A DNA stretch of 64,000 nt from an uncultured Gammaproteobacteria bacterium (GCA_902521725.1 CABYTF010000003.1:81709-145708), one strand, 5' to 3'; numbered from the stretch's first letter, positions 10,099-20,309 are shown. Notes: generated from the sequence alone by a model not told the origin. Numbers and translations are program-made.

Positions 10099-11040
10099 TT
10101 ATGTTTTATCTAGAAAAGATAGGTATTCATTTACCCCATCCTCTAATTCAGTAGGCTTACCTGGGTATCCAGCATTATTAAGATTAGTCATATCTGCTTG
10201 TGTATAAGCTTGGTATTGTCTCTCAAGCCCCTCGGGAAAATCGATATAATCAATATATCCTGAATTAAAGTAATTTATAACAGCATTGCCTACGTCATTA
10301 AATGATCTGCTCTTACCCGTTGCGACGTTAAAAATGCCTGACAGGTTATTATTCATAAACCAAATCTTAATCTTCACAGTATCTTTTACATAAACAAAGT
10401 CTCTTCTTTGTTCCCCATCATCATAACCATGGCTCCCACGAAATAATTTTAACATCCCATGTTTTTTGAATTGATTGTAAAAATGATAGATTACACTACT
10501 CATAACTTCCTTGTGTCGCTCATATGGACCATAAACATTAAAATACCTTATTCCAACCACTTGAGATTTAATTTTTGAAAAATTCTCACGCACGAAGTTA
10601 TCAAATAATAACTTAGATTCAGAGTAGTGATTCAGTGAGGATTCATTTTCTGGCTCTTCTTTAAAGACATTGCCGCTTCCATAAACAGATGCAGATGATG
10701 CATACACCATATTTATATTATTATTGGCAGAATGTTCCAATAGGTCTTTCGAATACTCAAGGTTGGTAAACATAACATAGTCTCTATCCTGCTCAGTAGT
10801 TTTTGAGCAAGCGCCCAAATGAAAAATATATTCAATTTTATTCTTATATTTTCCATTCTTTAAGTCTTTTAAAAAATGATTATTATCCACGCAGTCTTCA
10901 ATATCGAGATCTTTTATATTTTCAAACTTTTTGGTGTACTTATCTAACTCTTCAACTACTAAAACTTTTTTATCAGATTCAAGTAATGATCTAACGAGAT
11001 TTGTCCCAATGAAGCCTGCTCCGCCAGTAACTACAATCAT
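10099..11040 (-). CDS. hldD: ADP-L-glycero-D-manno-heptose 6-epimerase
   Basis: MIVVTGGAGFIGTNLV NAD-binding N-terminus, like E. coli HldD (MIIVTGGAGFIGSN). The tracked ORF extends 10 codons further upstream, to 11070. Confidence 0.8.
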   Translation of the reverse strand: MIVVTGGAGFIGTNLVRSLLESDKKVLVVEELDKYTKKFENIKDLDIEDCVDNNHFLKDLKNGKYKNKIEYIFHLGACSKTTEQDRDYVMFTNLEYSKDLLEHSANNNINMVYASSASVYGSGNVFKEEPENESSLNHYSESKLLFDNFVRENFSKIKSQVVGIRYFNVYGPYERHKEVMSSVIYHFYNQFKKHGMLKLFRGSHGYDDGEQRRDFVYVKDTVKIKIWFMNNNLSGIFNVATGKSRSFNDVGNAVINYFNSGYIDYIDFPEGLERQYQAYTQADMTNLNNAGYPGKPTELEDGVNEYLSFLDKT

Positions 11041-11137
11041 AGTTTGAATGATACATGATTTTTTATTCAATTATAATAATACTCAATAAAAGTATTGTTA
11101 TGCTGTCAATTTAGCTGGTACAATTACTTTTTTTGAA

Positions 11138-11632
11138 ATGAAAAGATCACAAATACTTGTCGGTATAATCATGGGATCACAATCTGATTGGCCAGTCATG
11201 AAGCATGCCTCAGATACTCTAAAAGATCTATCTATAAAACATGAAAAGAAAGTGGTCTCAGCACATAGGACGCCTGATCTGTTATTTCAATATGCTGAAA
11301 ATGCATCTGAGCGAGGTATTGAAGTTATAATAGCAGGAGCAGGAGGTGCAGCTCACTTACCAGGTATGACTGCTGCAAAGACTCATCTTCCTGTGATTGG
11401 CGTACCGGTTAAAACTAAAAGTCTAGAAGGAAAAGACTCCTTATTGTCAATAGTACAGATGCCAGCTGGCATCCCTGTCGCCACTGTTGCAATTGGTAAG
11501 GCAGGATCAATAAATGCTGCATTACTTGCAGCATCCATATTAAGTATTAAATATCCTAATATTAATAAAAAAATATTAGCTTATAGAAAAAAACAAACTC
11601 AACGAGTCCTTAAATCTGCTAAATTAATCTGA
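11138..11632 (+). CDS. purE: N5-carboxyaminoimidazole ribonucleotide mutase
   Basis: IIMGSQSDW...[11 protein letters not shown] core PurE motifs. Confidence 0.85.
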   Translation: MKRSQILVGIIMGSQSDWPVMKHASDTLKDLSIKHEKKVVSAHRTPDLLFQYAENASERGIEVIIAGAGGAAHLPGMTAAKTHLPVIGVPVKTKSLEGKDSLLSIVQMPAGIPVATVAIGKAGSINAALLAASILSIKYPNINKKILAYRKKQTQRVLKSAKLI

Positions 11633-12714
11633 TGAAGATTGCGATTTTTGGTGCAGGTCAACTTGCCATGATGATGATTGAAGCATCATCAGATCTTAGT
11701 CATGAATTTATTGTAATAGATCCAGCATCACGACCACCTGCGAGTAAGCTAGCCAAACATTATATGGTTGAATACAATGATGAGGAAATATTGAAATTTG
11801 TAGCCTCTGAGTGCGATATAGCAACTATAGATTTTGAAAACGTTAATATAAGTGCACTCAAGTACTTAGAGAATCATATCAAAGTTTCACCACCTTCAAA
11901 TGCACTTGAAATATGTCAAGACAGATTGTATGAGAAGAAGTTATTCACTGAGTTAGACATTAATGTTACTGAGTATCATTCTGTTAATAATATAAACGAT
12001 TTAGAAGACATCGTATTCGATGATAAGTCAAATTATTTACTCAAATCTAGGAGGTTCGGATACGATGGTAAAAACCAGCTCAAGTGTGATGAAGAAAAAG
12101 AATCATTAAATAATCTACTATCAAAAAATGACTGCATAATCGAGAAGATAGTTGATTTTAAAACAGAAGTGTCTTTGATATGTGTCAGACAAGATAAAGA
12201 TACTATTTTTTTCTATCCCCTTGTGGAGAATTTTCATAGAAATGGAATCTTAAGATATAGTATTTTCCCCTATTCAAATGCATCTCTACAAGGTGTAGCA
12301 GAAGAATATGCCACTAATCTATTAAATTATTTTAATTATGTAGGAGTTTTAGTAATTGAATTTTTTGTCAGCAATGATGGGTCACTTATTGCAAACGAAA
12401 TGGCACCACGTGTCCATAACTCAGGACATTGGTCTATTGAGGGATGTTCGATGAGTCAGTTTGAGTCTCACATCAGAGCGATAACCGGACAATTATCGAT
12501 GTTTGCTGATGATTTCAAACCATCCATTATGATGAATATTTTATCGAAATATCCTAAACCTGAAAAGATTAGTGAATTAGGAGAACATTACATGCACTCA
12601 TATAATAAAGAAGAAAGAGATTTAAGAAAGCTAGGGCATATTACGAAAGTTGCTGTTCAAAAAGAGGAAATTCTAAAAGACTTAAAAAGATATTTAGATA
12701 TTTTAGATAATTAG
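11632..12714 (+). CDS. purK: N5-carboxyaminoimidazole ribonucleotide synthase
   Basis: ATP-grasp protein immediately after purE (ATGA overlap). N-terminal [15 protein letters not shown]. Confidence 0.8.
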   Translation: MKIAIFGAGQLAMMMIEASSDLSHEFIVIDPASRPPASKLAKHYMVEYNDEEILKFVASECDIATIDFENVNISALKYLENHIKVSPPSNALEICQDRLYEKKLFTELDINVTEYHSVNNINDLEDIVFDDKSNYLLKSRRFGYDGKNQLKCDEEKESLNNLLSKNDCIIEKIVDFKTEVSLICVRQDKDTIFFYPLVENFHRNGILRYSIFPYSNASLQGVAEEYATNLLNYFNYVGVLVIEFFVSNDGSLIANEMAPRVHNSGHWSIEGCSMSQFESHIRAITGQLSMFADDFKPSIMMNILSKYPKPEKISELGEHYMHSYNKEERDLRKLGHITKVAVQKEEILKDLKRYLDILDN

Positions 12715-14132
12715 ATTTTTGCGAGATTTCTTTTCGCTTGAATTTTAGCCTCTTCCACACCCCATTGATCATAACTGTTAATACTCCATAAAATACCCTC
12801 AACAAAAACTTTATGCTCATACATACTTATCAACTTCCCAACTCTATCAGGAGATAATCTATCAATTCCTATCAAATTCGATGGTGAACTGCCTATTAAA
12901 CTTTTATGAATTTCTCTCGTTTTTTTACCTTTAAAAAGTAAGTCTGCCTGAGCAAAGACATTAGCAGCAAGGAATTTTTTAGAATCAGTATTAAGCGTTT
13001 TCAAATAAATAAAATCTAGATATACATCGAGTGTACCTTGATGAATTGCTTGGAAGAAAGAGTGTTGGCATTCAGTCCCAAGTGAACCAAACAATATAGG
13101 TGATGTTGAATTTAGTGTAATTTCATTGTTTGTTGTTACGGATTTACCATTACTCTCCATCTCAATTTGTTGTAGATAGTCCGGCAAGCTTCTGAGTCTG
13201 TATGAGTAAGGAACTATCACATTCGCATATTTTGATAAAAAATTTATATTCCAAATGTTTACTAGAGCCAAGTTCACAGGAAGATTATTAAGGATATTAC
13301 TTTTGTAAAAATGACTGTCCATACTCTTTACGCCTTGGATAATTTTTTTATAGTTATCAATTCCAAGCTCAAACATATTGATCAGATTTACAGGAGATAT
13401 GACTGAAAATCTACCTGGTAGTGTTTTCATGAAAGTAAAAATATTTTTTTCAGAGAAATTATGTTTTTTACATAATTGCTTATTAGCTGTTATAGCTACA
13501 TAATGATTTTTGAATATATTGCCAGCAACTTCAGAATGATTTTTATTAATATATTCATCTAGATATGATTTAACTCTCATAGTTTCATCAGTTTTAAAAC
13601 TTTTCGAGACAAATATGAATATTGTTTTTTTTACATCTATTTTTTTTAAAATGTCACTAATTTCATGCAGATCGCCACTAGAGACAAAGTGAGTGAGAAA
13701 ATGATTAGTTTTGTAATCCTCTAGTGCCTCAGATAAAAGTTTTGGTCCTAAGATTGAGCCACCTATGCCTATATGAACGATGTGAGATATATTAATATTT
13801 CTATGATTTCCTGTTTTGTTATTTATAGTCTTAAGATAAAACTTCGACATTTTATCTACATCACGCTGATAGGAAATACTGTTTCTGTAATAGACAAATG
13901 ACACTTTCTGAGATTCAGTATCACTAATATACTGATTATCAAATAATTGTTTACGTCTTTTAGAAAACTTTGATAGTGTCAACAAACCCCTCATCTTTAC
14001 AAGAATATCTCTACTTATGAGGTTTCTCGATAAATCTAAGCTTATACCACCAAAATTGATGTTCTTAGGAGGTTGTGCATTCTTTTTATTTGATTTCTCA
14101 TAAAAAGAATTTAATCGCTCTCTAATGTCCAC
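12711..14132 (-). CDS. pgi: glucose-6-phosphate isomerase (short form)
   Basis: IGIGGSILGP, SKSFKTDET and DQWGVE PGI signatures. About 80 aa shorter than E. coli Pgi. Its stop overlaps the purK stop convergently. Confidence 0.75.
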   Translation of the reverse strand: MDIRERLNSFYEKSNKKNAQPPKNINFGGISLDLSRNLISRDILVKMRGLLTLSKFSKRRKQLFDNQYISDTESQKVSFVYYRNSISYQRDVDKMSKFYLKTINNKTGNHRNINISHIVHIGIGGSILGPKLLSEALEDYKTNHFLTHFVSSGDLHEISDILKKIDVKKTIFIFVSKSFKTDETMRVKSYLDEYINKNHSEVAGNIFKNHYVAITANKQLCKKHNFSEKNIFTFMKTLPGRFSVISPVNLINMFELGIDNYKKIIQGVKSMDSHFYKSNILNNLPVNLALVNIWNINFLSKYANVIVPYSYRLRSLPDYLQQIEMESNGKSVTTNNEITLNSTSPILFGSLGTECQHSFFQAIHQGTLDVYLDFIYLKTLNTDSKKFLAANVFAQADLLFKGKKTREIHKSLIGSSPSNLIGIDRLSPDRVGKLISMYEHKVFVEGILWSINSYDQWGVEEAKIQAKRNLAKI

Positions 14133-14134
14133 AG

Positions 14135-14515
14135 CTATACAGCATTAATTTTCTTATTTACTGGTTTATCAATAATGTTATTCAATTCATCTACATAAAT
14201 GATTGTAGGTTTATGATTAACATATTCGTTGTCTTTTAACATGCAGTATGTACAAATAATAATTTGATCATTTACATTTATTTTATGGCAAGCTGCTCCA
14301 TTCACTGCAACTATACCTGTATCTGGTTTCCCAGGAATCGCATATGTGGAGAGTCTTTCCCCGTTTGAGATATCATATATATCTATTTGCTCATAAGGAC
14401 AAATGTTTGCTGCTTTCAACAAAGCGACATCAATTTCACATGAACCCTCATAGTCAATGTTTGAGTCAGTAACAATTGCTTTATGTATTTTTGAATTTAG
14501 GTACCTTCTTTCCAT
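14135..14515 (-). CDS. panD: aspartate 1-decarboxylase
   Basis: MERRYLNSKIHKAIVTD...YEGSCEID pyruvoyl-dependent PanD pattern. 126 aa. Confidence 0.85.
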   Translation of the reverse strand: MERRYLNSKIHKAIVTDSNIDYEGSCEIDVALLKAANICPYEQIDIYDISNGERLSTYAIPGKPDTGIVAVNGAACHKINVNDQIIICTYCMLKDNEYVNHKPTIIYVDELNNIIDKPVNKKINAV

Positions 14516-14550
14516 ACGGTTATACTACTATTATTTAGAAACTATTTTAA

Positions 14551-15381
14551 CTATATTTCAATATTATCTATCAATCTAACATCATCTAAATAACATGCTA
14601 TAAATATACCACAGCTTTTGAGCCTATCAGTCGCCTCCTCCAATGTTATCAGTGATCTGACATCAAGATACTCAACATGAATACCATTGCTCTCAAGATA
14701 CTCTACACTTTCTTCTTTTAAGTTATCAATCGTAGCACCTTTTAGTAACTCTGATTTCATATTATGTAAGGTCTCATAAATAATGCATGTTGAGCTAAGT
14801 GACTCTTTTGAGAGTCTAGTCAGCCTAGAACTCAATGCTATTTTATTTGCGTCTCTGACAGTATCTACATCGATTATACGTGTTTTTGGGAAGTAAGTGT
14901 TTGCAAGATACTTAATTAACAAAAGCTGTTGAAAATCTTTTTTACCAAAACATGCAAAATCTGGATAAACAATGTTAAAGAAATATTTTACTATTTTATA
15001 AACACCTAAAAAGTGACCTTCTCTTTTTTGTCCGCAGAGGTAACGTGTGAACTTTGGTAAATCAATGTTTTTTTCGGTTCCAACCTCGTGAGATATGTCC
15101 CCATCAGGAGCATATACAAGACTTATGTCATTTTTTCGACACACTTCTAGATCAGTTTGAAAACTCTTTGGATAATTTTGATAGTCATCATCATCGGTAA
15201 ACTGAAGTGGATTTACATATATGGTTGCTACTTTGACTGTATTTTTGGGGGCTTTAGAGAATAATACTTGATGTCCTTGATGAAGATTTCCCATCGTGGG
15301 TATCAATGTGATCTTATCTCCTCTAGATTTATACTCTTTGATTTTATCTGAGAAAGATTCTCTATTGTTAGTAACCTGCAT
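14551..15381 (-). CDS. panC: pantoate--beta-alanine ligase
   Basis: PTMGNLHQGHQVL HIGH-like motif of PanC. Confidence 0.85.
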   Translation of the reverse strand: MQVTNNRESFSDKIKEYKSRGDKITLIPTMGNLHQGHQVLFSKAPKNTVKVATIYVNPLQFTDDDDYQNYPKSFQTDLEVCRKNDISLVYAPDGDISHEVGTEKNIDLPKFTRYLCGQKREGHFLGVYKIVKYFFNIVYPDFACFGKKDFQQLLLIKYLANTYFPKTRIIDVDTVRDANKIALSSRLTRLSKESLSSTCIIYETLHNMKSELLKGATIDNLKEESVEYLESNGIHVEYLDVRSLITLEEATDRLKSCGIFIACYLDDVRLIDNIEI

Positions 15382-16127
15382 TATTTAAATTTTTTTGTAA
15401 ACTTAGAAATTTGTCTATCAAGTGAAATTTTATCATTAGTTATAAATCCATCTATTTTATTAAAACTAATACCGAGTAAATCATATATGACAGCTACTTG
15501 ACCATCAATGCCGTTCCCAGAGCCAATGCCAATCACAGGTGCACTACAATTTTGACTAATTTTCTTAGCTAGACTGTTTTCTAAACATTCAATTAATATC
15601 ACTTTTGCTCCTAGTTTATCTAGACTTACCGCTAGGTCATATAATTTTTTCGCCTCATCTTTACTTTTACCATATTTACGATACCCAGATTTAGATTTGA
15701 TAGTCTGAGGAAGTAGACCTATGTGTGCACATAAAGGTATATTTTTTTCTATGAGATATTTTGCTATTTCTATATTATTAGTATCTATCTCAATTTTTAT
15801 AAGATCAGCAAGTTTCGTTGAAATAAACTTGTGGGAATTTTTATAAGCTTTTGATTTTGTATTATATGAATTTTTTGGAAGATCGATCATTAGGATAGAG
15901 GTTTTTATTCCAGATTTTACACATCGTGCATGGTATGTTACTTCATTTAAAGTAACGCCATGTGTGGTCTTTTCACCTTTAATAACTTGTCCAAGCGAAT
16001 CTCCAACTAAGATGATATCTATCCCTGAACACTCAAGATATTTACTCATACTGGCATCATATGCAGTTATACATGAGATTTTCTTTCCTCTTTTATAGAG
16101 ATTTAATAATTTACTGAGTTTACTCAT
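15381..16127 (-). CDS. panB: 3-methyl-2-oxobutanoate hydroxymethyltransferase
   Basis: ITAYDASMSK...ILVGDSLGQV PanB signature. Sits in the panB–panC–panD order. Confidence 0.85.
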   Translation of the reverse strand: MSKLSKLLNLYKRGKKISCITAYDASMSKYLECSGIDIILVGDSLGQVIKGEKTTHGVTLNEVTYHARCVKSGIKTSILMIDLPKNSYNTKSKAYKNSHKFISTKLADLIKIEIDTNNIEIAKYLIEKNIPLCAHIGLLPQTIKSKSGYRKYGKSKDEAKKLYDLAVSLDKLGAKVILIECLENSLAKKISQNCSAPVIGIGSGNGIDGQVAVIYDLLGISFNKIDGFITNDKISLDRQISKFTKKFK

Positions 16128-16129
16128 AG

Positions 16130-16759
16130 TTATATCGATGATGGATTAAAGTATTTTTTTCCGTTTATATCTGATGATATTTCTTCTATGAGTATTTGAT
16201 AGTCAGTATCATTATTTATGTTTACGTTTGATGTATTAATTATGAGAACAGGTGAAGCGTTATACTCATGGAAGTGTTTCATGTATATCCCATTTACAGA
16301 ATCGATGTATTTTTTTTTGATATTTTTCTCTATGTCTAGACCTCTTCTCTTTATTCTCTCCAATAAAATGTCTGTTGAAGCTTGAAGATATATTATCAAA
16401 TCAGGTATAGGAGGTTTAAAATCTAGCTTTTTTCTCAATTCCTGATACATTTCATACTCAACTTCAGTTAGATTTAGTTTGGCAAATAACTCATCTTTAC
16501 CAAAGTAAAAATCCGAGATAAGTAAATTTTTTGTATCCTTTACTTCGATTGATTGTTCAATTCTTCTCAATAAGAAATAAACCTGTGTTGAAAAAGAGTT
16601 TAACTGGTTATGATCATAAAAATCTTTCAAAAATGGATTGGAGGCATAATCCTCAAACAAAGTTTGGCATTTAACAGTATCTGATATCTTTTTTGCTAGT
16701 GTTGTTTTACCAACACCTATAGCACCCTCAATAGCAATATATTTCTTTCCTATCATCAT
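16130..16759 (-). CDS. deoxynucleoside kinase family protein
   Basis: IAIEGAIGVGKTTLAKK P-loop plus the DRY-like ERIKRRG dNK/dCK/dGK-family pattern. Confidence 0.6.
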   Translation of the reverse strand: MMIGKKYIAIEGAIGVGKTTLAKKISDTVKCQTLFEDYASNPFLKDFYDHNQLNSFSTQVYFLLRRIEQSIEVKDTKNLLISDFYFGKDELFAKLNLTEVEYEMYQELRKKLDFKPPIPDLIIYLQASTDILLERIKRRGLDIEKNIKKKYIDSVNGIYMKHFHEYNASPVLIINTSNVNINNDTDYQILIEEISSDINGKKYFNPSSI

Positions 16760-17211
16760 AGGTTTTTTATTAATTTATTAATATTTCCATATTTTGGAAC
16801 CCTATAACCATAACTTGTGATCTCATAGAGTGGTATTAAAACAAACTCTCTGTATTCTAACCCAGGATGTGGGATGGTTAGTTTTTCAGTGTCCATTATG
16901 ACTTGCTCATATATGAGTATGTCTAAATCTAGACTTCTTGGTCCCCATCTCTTTGTTTTCTTCCTATTATGATTCTTCTCAAGAAATTGTAATTCCTCGA
17001 GTAGTTTATTTGGTGATAGCATAGTCTCTATTTCAACTACAGCATTTATAAAGTTAGGTTGACATTTCGGTCCAAGTGGCACAGTTTCATAAAGGCTAGA
17101 TTTTTTTATTAATCTAGTTTTATGTATTCTATTAATTTGTCTAAAAGCCCTTTGGACTCTAAAGTGAGGATGATTCTGGTTACTTCCGATACCTATGAAA
17201 ACTTGATTCAA
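16756..17211 (-). CDS. folK: 2-amino-4-hydroxy-6-hydroxymethyldihydropteridine pyrophosphokinase
   Basis: VFIGIGSNQ...GPRSLDLDIL...HPR-like HPPK motifs. Lies on the pan operon side as in E. coli. Confidence 0.8.
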   Translation of the reverse strand: MNQVFIGIGSNQNHPHFRVQRAFRQINRIHKTRLIKKSSLYETVPLGPKCQPNFINAVVEIETMLSPNKLLEELQFLEKNHNRKKTKRWGPRSLDLDILIYEQVIMDTEKLTIPHPGLEYREFVLIPLYEITSYGYRVPKYGNINKLIKNL

Positions 17212-17220
17212 TTTAAAGGT

Positions 17221-17565
17221 TTAAGTTAACTTTTCTTTAATTCTAGCAGATTTTCCTGATCTTTCTCTGAGATAGTACAATTTAGCTCTTCTAACATCAC
17301 CTCGACGTTTCACTTTTATGCTATCGATTAGAGGGCTATGTGTTTGAAACACTCTTTCGACGCCCTCGCCATAAGATATTTTTCTAACTGTAAATGACGA
17401 ACTTATTCCTCTATTTTTCACAGCAACAACTACACCCTCAAAAGCTTGAATACGCTCTCTTTTACCTTCTTTTACCTTTACCGAAACAACAACTGTGTCT
17501 CCGCTTGAGAATTTTGGGGTATCTTTAATCTGCTTCGCTGTAATTTCCTCTACGATTTTAGTCAC
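17221..17565 (-). CDS. rplS: 50S ribosomal protein L19
   Basis: FSSGDTVVV...[13 protein letters not shown] is the canonical L19. Confidence 0.9.
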   Translation of the reverse strand: MTKIVEEITAKQIKDTPKFSSGDTVVVSVKVKEGKRERIQAFEGVVVAVKNRGISSSFTVRKISYGEGVERVFQTHSPLIDSIKVKRRGDVRRAKLYYLRERSGKSARIKEKLT

Positions 17566-18298
17566 TTTTCTTTTCCTGATGTTCAGCTATAAATTCTTGA
17601 AGTAGTCTATCATCTTCTTTTGAAAGATTCACGTTTTTTAGCAAATCGGGTCTCTTGAGATAAGTAGCTCCAAGTGACTGTTTTCTTCTCCAAAATTTTA
17701 TTTCACTGTGATTTCCTGAGAGTAATATTTCTGGAACACTGAAACCATCTATTTCATTAGGCTTAGTGTAATGTGGATGATCAAGTAGATGATCACAAAA
17801 CGAGTCATTATTTATAGATTCCATATTTTCTGGAATTCCAGGTATCAGTCGTGTTAGACCTTCGATAATTACAGCAGCAGGGATTTCACCACCAGATAAA
17901 ACGTAATCTCCAATTGAGATCTCCTCATCCACAAGATTATCTACTATTCTCTCATCAAATCCCTCATACCTGCCGCATATAAAAGTTATGTTGCTCTCGG
18001 TTGAGAGTTCATTAAATTTTGATTGTGTTAAAAGCTTACCTTGTGGAGATAGTAGGATCGTTTTTGATGACTTTATCTTTTTAAGAGCCTCTTTTACAGG
18101 AGTATACTGTATTATCATACCGGGACCTCCGCCAAAAGGTTTAAAATCAACTCTCTTGTGTTTATCACTGGTGTAATCTCTTAGGTTAATTACGTTTATG
18201 CTAATAAGTTCTCTATCTAGTCCTTTCTTCACGAGTCCATGACCTTTGAAGGATTCAAAGAAATCTGGATAAACAGTAAGTAAATTAAATAGTTTCAT
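17558..18298 (-). CDS. trmD: tRNA (guanine37-N1)-methyltransferase
   Basis: [21 protein letters not shown] and the SPQG motif. Sits in the rimM–trmD–rplS order. Confidence 0.9.
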   Translation of the reverse strand: MKLFNLLTVYPDFFESFKGHGLVKKGLDRELISINVINLRDYTSDKHKRVDFKPFGGGPGMIIQYTPVKEALKKIKSSKTILLSPQGKLLTQSKFNELSTESNITFICGRYEGFDERIVDNLVDEEISIGDYVLSGGEIPAAVIIEGLTRLIPGIPENMESINNDSFCDHLLDHPHYTKPNEIDGFSVPEILLSGNHSEIKFWRRKQSLGATYLKRPDLLKNVNLSKEDDRLLQEFIAEHQEKKSD

Positions 18299-18779
18299 GA
18301 TCTATAATAATTTTTTCATTAGGTATTACTTTGATGTGATCAATAACATACGGGATGTATACAAGTTCTTTATTATGTTTCACAGCCAGAATATCATTAG
18401 CTCCATTATTGAAAATAAAGTCCACAGATCCTATGTAAGAATTTCTAGAAGTATAAACTTCTAATCCTTCGAGATCTTTCCAATAATATTCTCCCTTTTT
18501 TAAAGCAGGAATGTCCGATGCTTCAATGAAAAGATCTTGTCCAACAAGTGGTTCTGAGGAGTTGATGTCATCATAGTCTTTCATTCGAATAATTATTTTT
18601 TTAGGCATGATCTTTAGGTTAACAATCTCAATAAACTCTTTTCTGTTTTTAATATAAAGAAAAGTATCATAGTTTTTGATGTTGTGTGTTGGGTAAGAGT
18701 AGGATTTAATTACAACCCAGCCTTTAATTCCATGTGTAGCAACTATCTTGCCTATATTGATGGCAGTACTCTTATTCAT
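18285..18779 (-). CDS. rimM: 16S rRNA processing protein RimM
   Basis: IGKIVATHGIKGWVVIKSY PRC-barrel RimM N-terminus. Positioned between rpsP and trmD. Confidence 0.8.
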   Translation of the reverse strand: MNKSTAINIGKIVATHGIKGWVVIKSYSYPTHNIKNYDTFLYIKNRKEFIEIVNLKIMPKKIIIRMKDYDDINSSEPLVGQDLFIEASDIPALKKGEYYWKDLEGLEVYTSRNSYIGSVDFIFNNGANDILAVKHNKELVYIPYVIDHIKVIPNEKIIIDHETI

Positions 18780-18802
18780 GATCTAATCCGTGAGCTACTG
18801 GA

Positions 18803-19351
18803 TCAGGATTTTTCTTTTTGTGTATCTGCTTCATCAGCATTAGCAGCATCTACAGGAACCTCTTCAGCTTTTGCTTCATTTGCAGGTGCGTCTTCTGCAG
18901 GCGCTTCTTCAGCTTTTACTTCTTCTGTAGGTGCTTCTTCAGCTTTTGCTTCATTTGCAGGTGCTTCTTCAGCTTTTACTTCTTCTGCAGGTGCTTCTTC
19001 AGCTTTTGCTTCTTCTGCAGGTGCTGCTTCTGATTCTTTAGTTTTAAGTTTTTTTACTCTATTTTTTTCTAGTAACTCATTCTTAATTTTATGGCGCTTC
19101 TCGAGATTATTTGGATCAAGTGAATATTTATGCAGCAATTTTACTCTGTCTGACATTTGAGCGCCTTGATTTAGCCAATACTCAAGTCTATCTTGTTTTA
19201 GTGTGATTCTTTTTTCGTTTTCTAAATTAGGATCGTAGCTACCAATTCTCTCGATGCATTTTCCATCTCTTTTAGACTTCTGATCTACCACCACAATGTG
19301 ATAATAAGGCCTTTTCTTGCCGCCGCCTCTTGATAATCTTACTCTGACCAT
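18803..19351 (-). CDS. rpsP: 30S ribosomal protein S16 with about 100-aa Ala/Glu/Lys-rich repetitive C-terminal extension
   Basis: MVRVRLSRGGGKKRPYYHIVVVD is the S16 N-terminus. The 182-aa product compares with about 82 aa in E. coli. Confidence 0.85.
   Translation of the reverse strand: MVRVRLSRGGGKKRPYYHIVVVDQKSKRDGKCIERIGSYDPNLENEKRITLKQDRLEYWLNQGAQMSDRVKLLHKYSLDPNNLEKRHKIKNELLEKNRVKKLKTKESEAAPAEEAKAEEAPAEEVKAEEAPANEAKAEEAPTEEVKAEEAPAEDAPANEAKAEEVPVDAANADEADTQKEKS
18856..19036. repeat. about six copies of a 30-bp tandem repeat (two alternating variants) encoding AEEAPAEEVK/AEEAPANEAK in the rpsP 3' end
   Basis: Direct reading finds units cttcttcagcttttgcttcatttgcaggtg and cttcttcagcttttacttcttctgcaggtg alternating on the plus strand. 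Confidence 0.75.
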
Positions 19352-19529
19352 TTGAACCTCATTTTTGAATCATGTGATTATATCACCAGACAGTAAAAAT
19401 CTCATACTTTTTAAACAAAAATTACAAAAATTTAGCCTATTAATACATAATTTTATATATAATCATCAAAGATGGACCTTTATAAAACTTGTTTAATTGA
19501 ATCAGCATCAGTAAACCAATAAAGTAACA

Positions 19530-20300
19530 ATGCTGTACCTACCGCATATAATTGGAATTATTTATCTCGCAATGTCTGTATGCCTGTTTAACTTATATAT
19601 GGGCAGAGACTGTAAGATCCCTTTGAGCATTTCTTATTTAAGAATTATTGGTTTATTTCTATTAGGATTGTTTGTTTTCAAGGTTGCATATCCATTTAAC
19701 GTTTTTAGCTTTGTAAGCTCATTATTTATAATATTATTCATAATAAATTTATTCTTTATGGTGCTTAATTTTTATCGACCTGTTGATTATATCGGTCTCA
19801 TACTTAATCCTGTAATATTTCTTGCGTTACTTACCTATATAATAGTTGACTTACCTCAGGCAGGGTCAATTGTTGAGAAAAATTTATACATACATATTAT
19901 ATTCTCATTGTCTTCATATGGTTTTCTCTTTCTTGCAGGTATCCAGGCTTTGATTTTGAAATATCAAATAACAAGTATTAAAAACATCCATCACTCAACA
20001 CTTCTGAATTCATTCCCTTCTATTGAGGAAATGGGTAAAATTATGCATAGATTAATTCTATCCGGGTTCATTTTACTTACACTCTCGCTTCTCTCTGGAA
20101 TACCATACATGACCAATGCTATTGGAACCGATAACAGTCAGAAGATAGTATTTTCAATAATTGCTTGGATTGCTTACCTATACCTATTGTTCAAAAAATC
20201 GAACTATGGAATTAATGATACAACTGCGGCAAACATGACTATTGGTGGCTTGGTGTTTCTAATATTTGCATACTTAGGAACAAAACTCTTTATTGGATAA
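19530..20300 (+). CDS. CcsA-like cytochrome c assembly family inner-membrane protein (YpjD-like)
   Basis: Polytopic membrane protein in the position E. coli ypjD occupies next to the rpsP operon and the corC-like gene. No WWD motif, so it is not CcmC. Confidence 0.5.
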   Translation: MLYLPHIIGIIYLAMSVCLFNLYMGRDCKIPLSISYLRIIGLFLLGLFVFKVAYPFNVFSFVSSLFIILFIINLFFMVLNFYRPVDYIGLILNPVIFLALLTYIIVDLPQAGSIVEKNLYIHIIFSLSSYGFLFLAGIQALILKYQITSIKNIHHSTLLNSFPSIEEMGKIMHRLILSGFILLTLSLLSGIPYMTNAIGTDNSQKIVFSIIAWIAYLYLLFKKSNYGINDTTAANMTIGGLVFLIFAYLGTKLFIG

Positions 20301-20309
20301 TTCATTATT

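Noticed and set aside
18684-19160. Plus-strand ORFs 18684..19160 (158 aa, Ser/Ala-rich) and 18818..19033 (71 aa, Cys/Phe-rich)
   Set aside because: They are antisense and out-of-frame readings of the rpsP tandem repeat. The rpsP frame has the canonical S16 N-terminus and is clearly the real gene.
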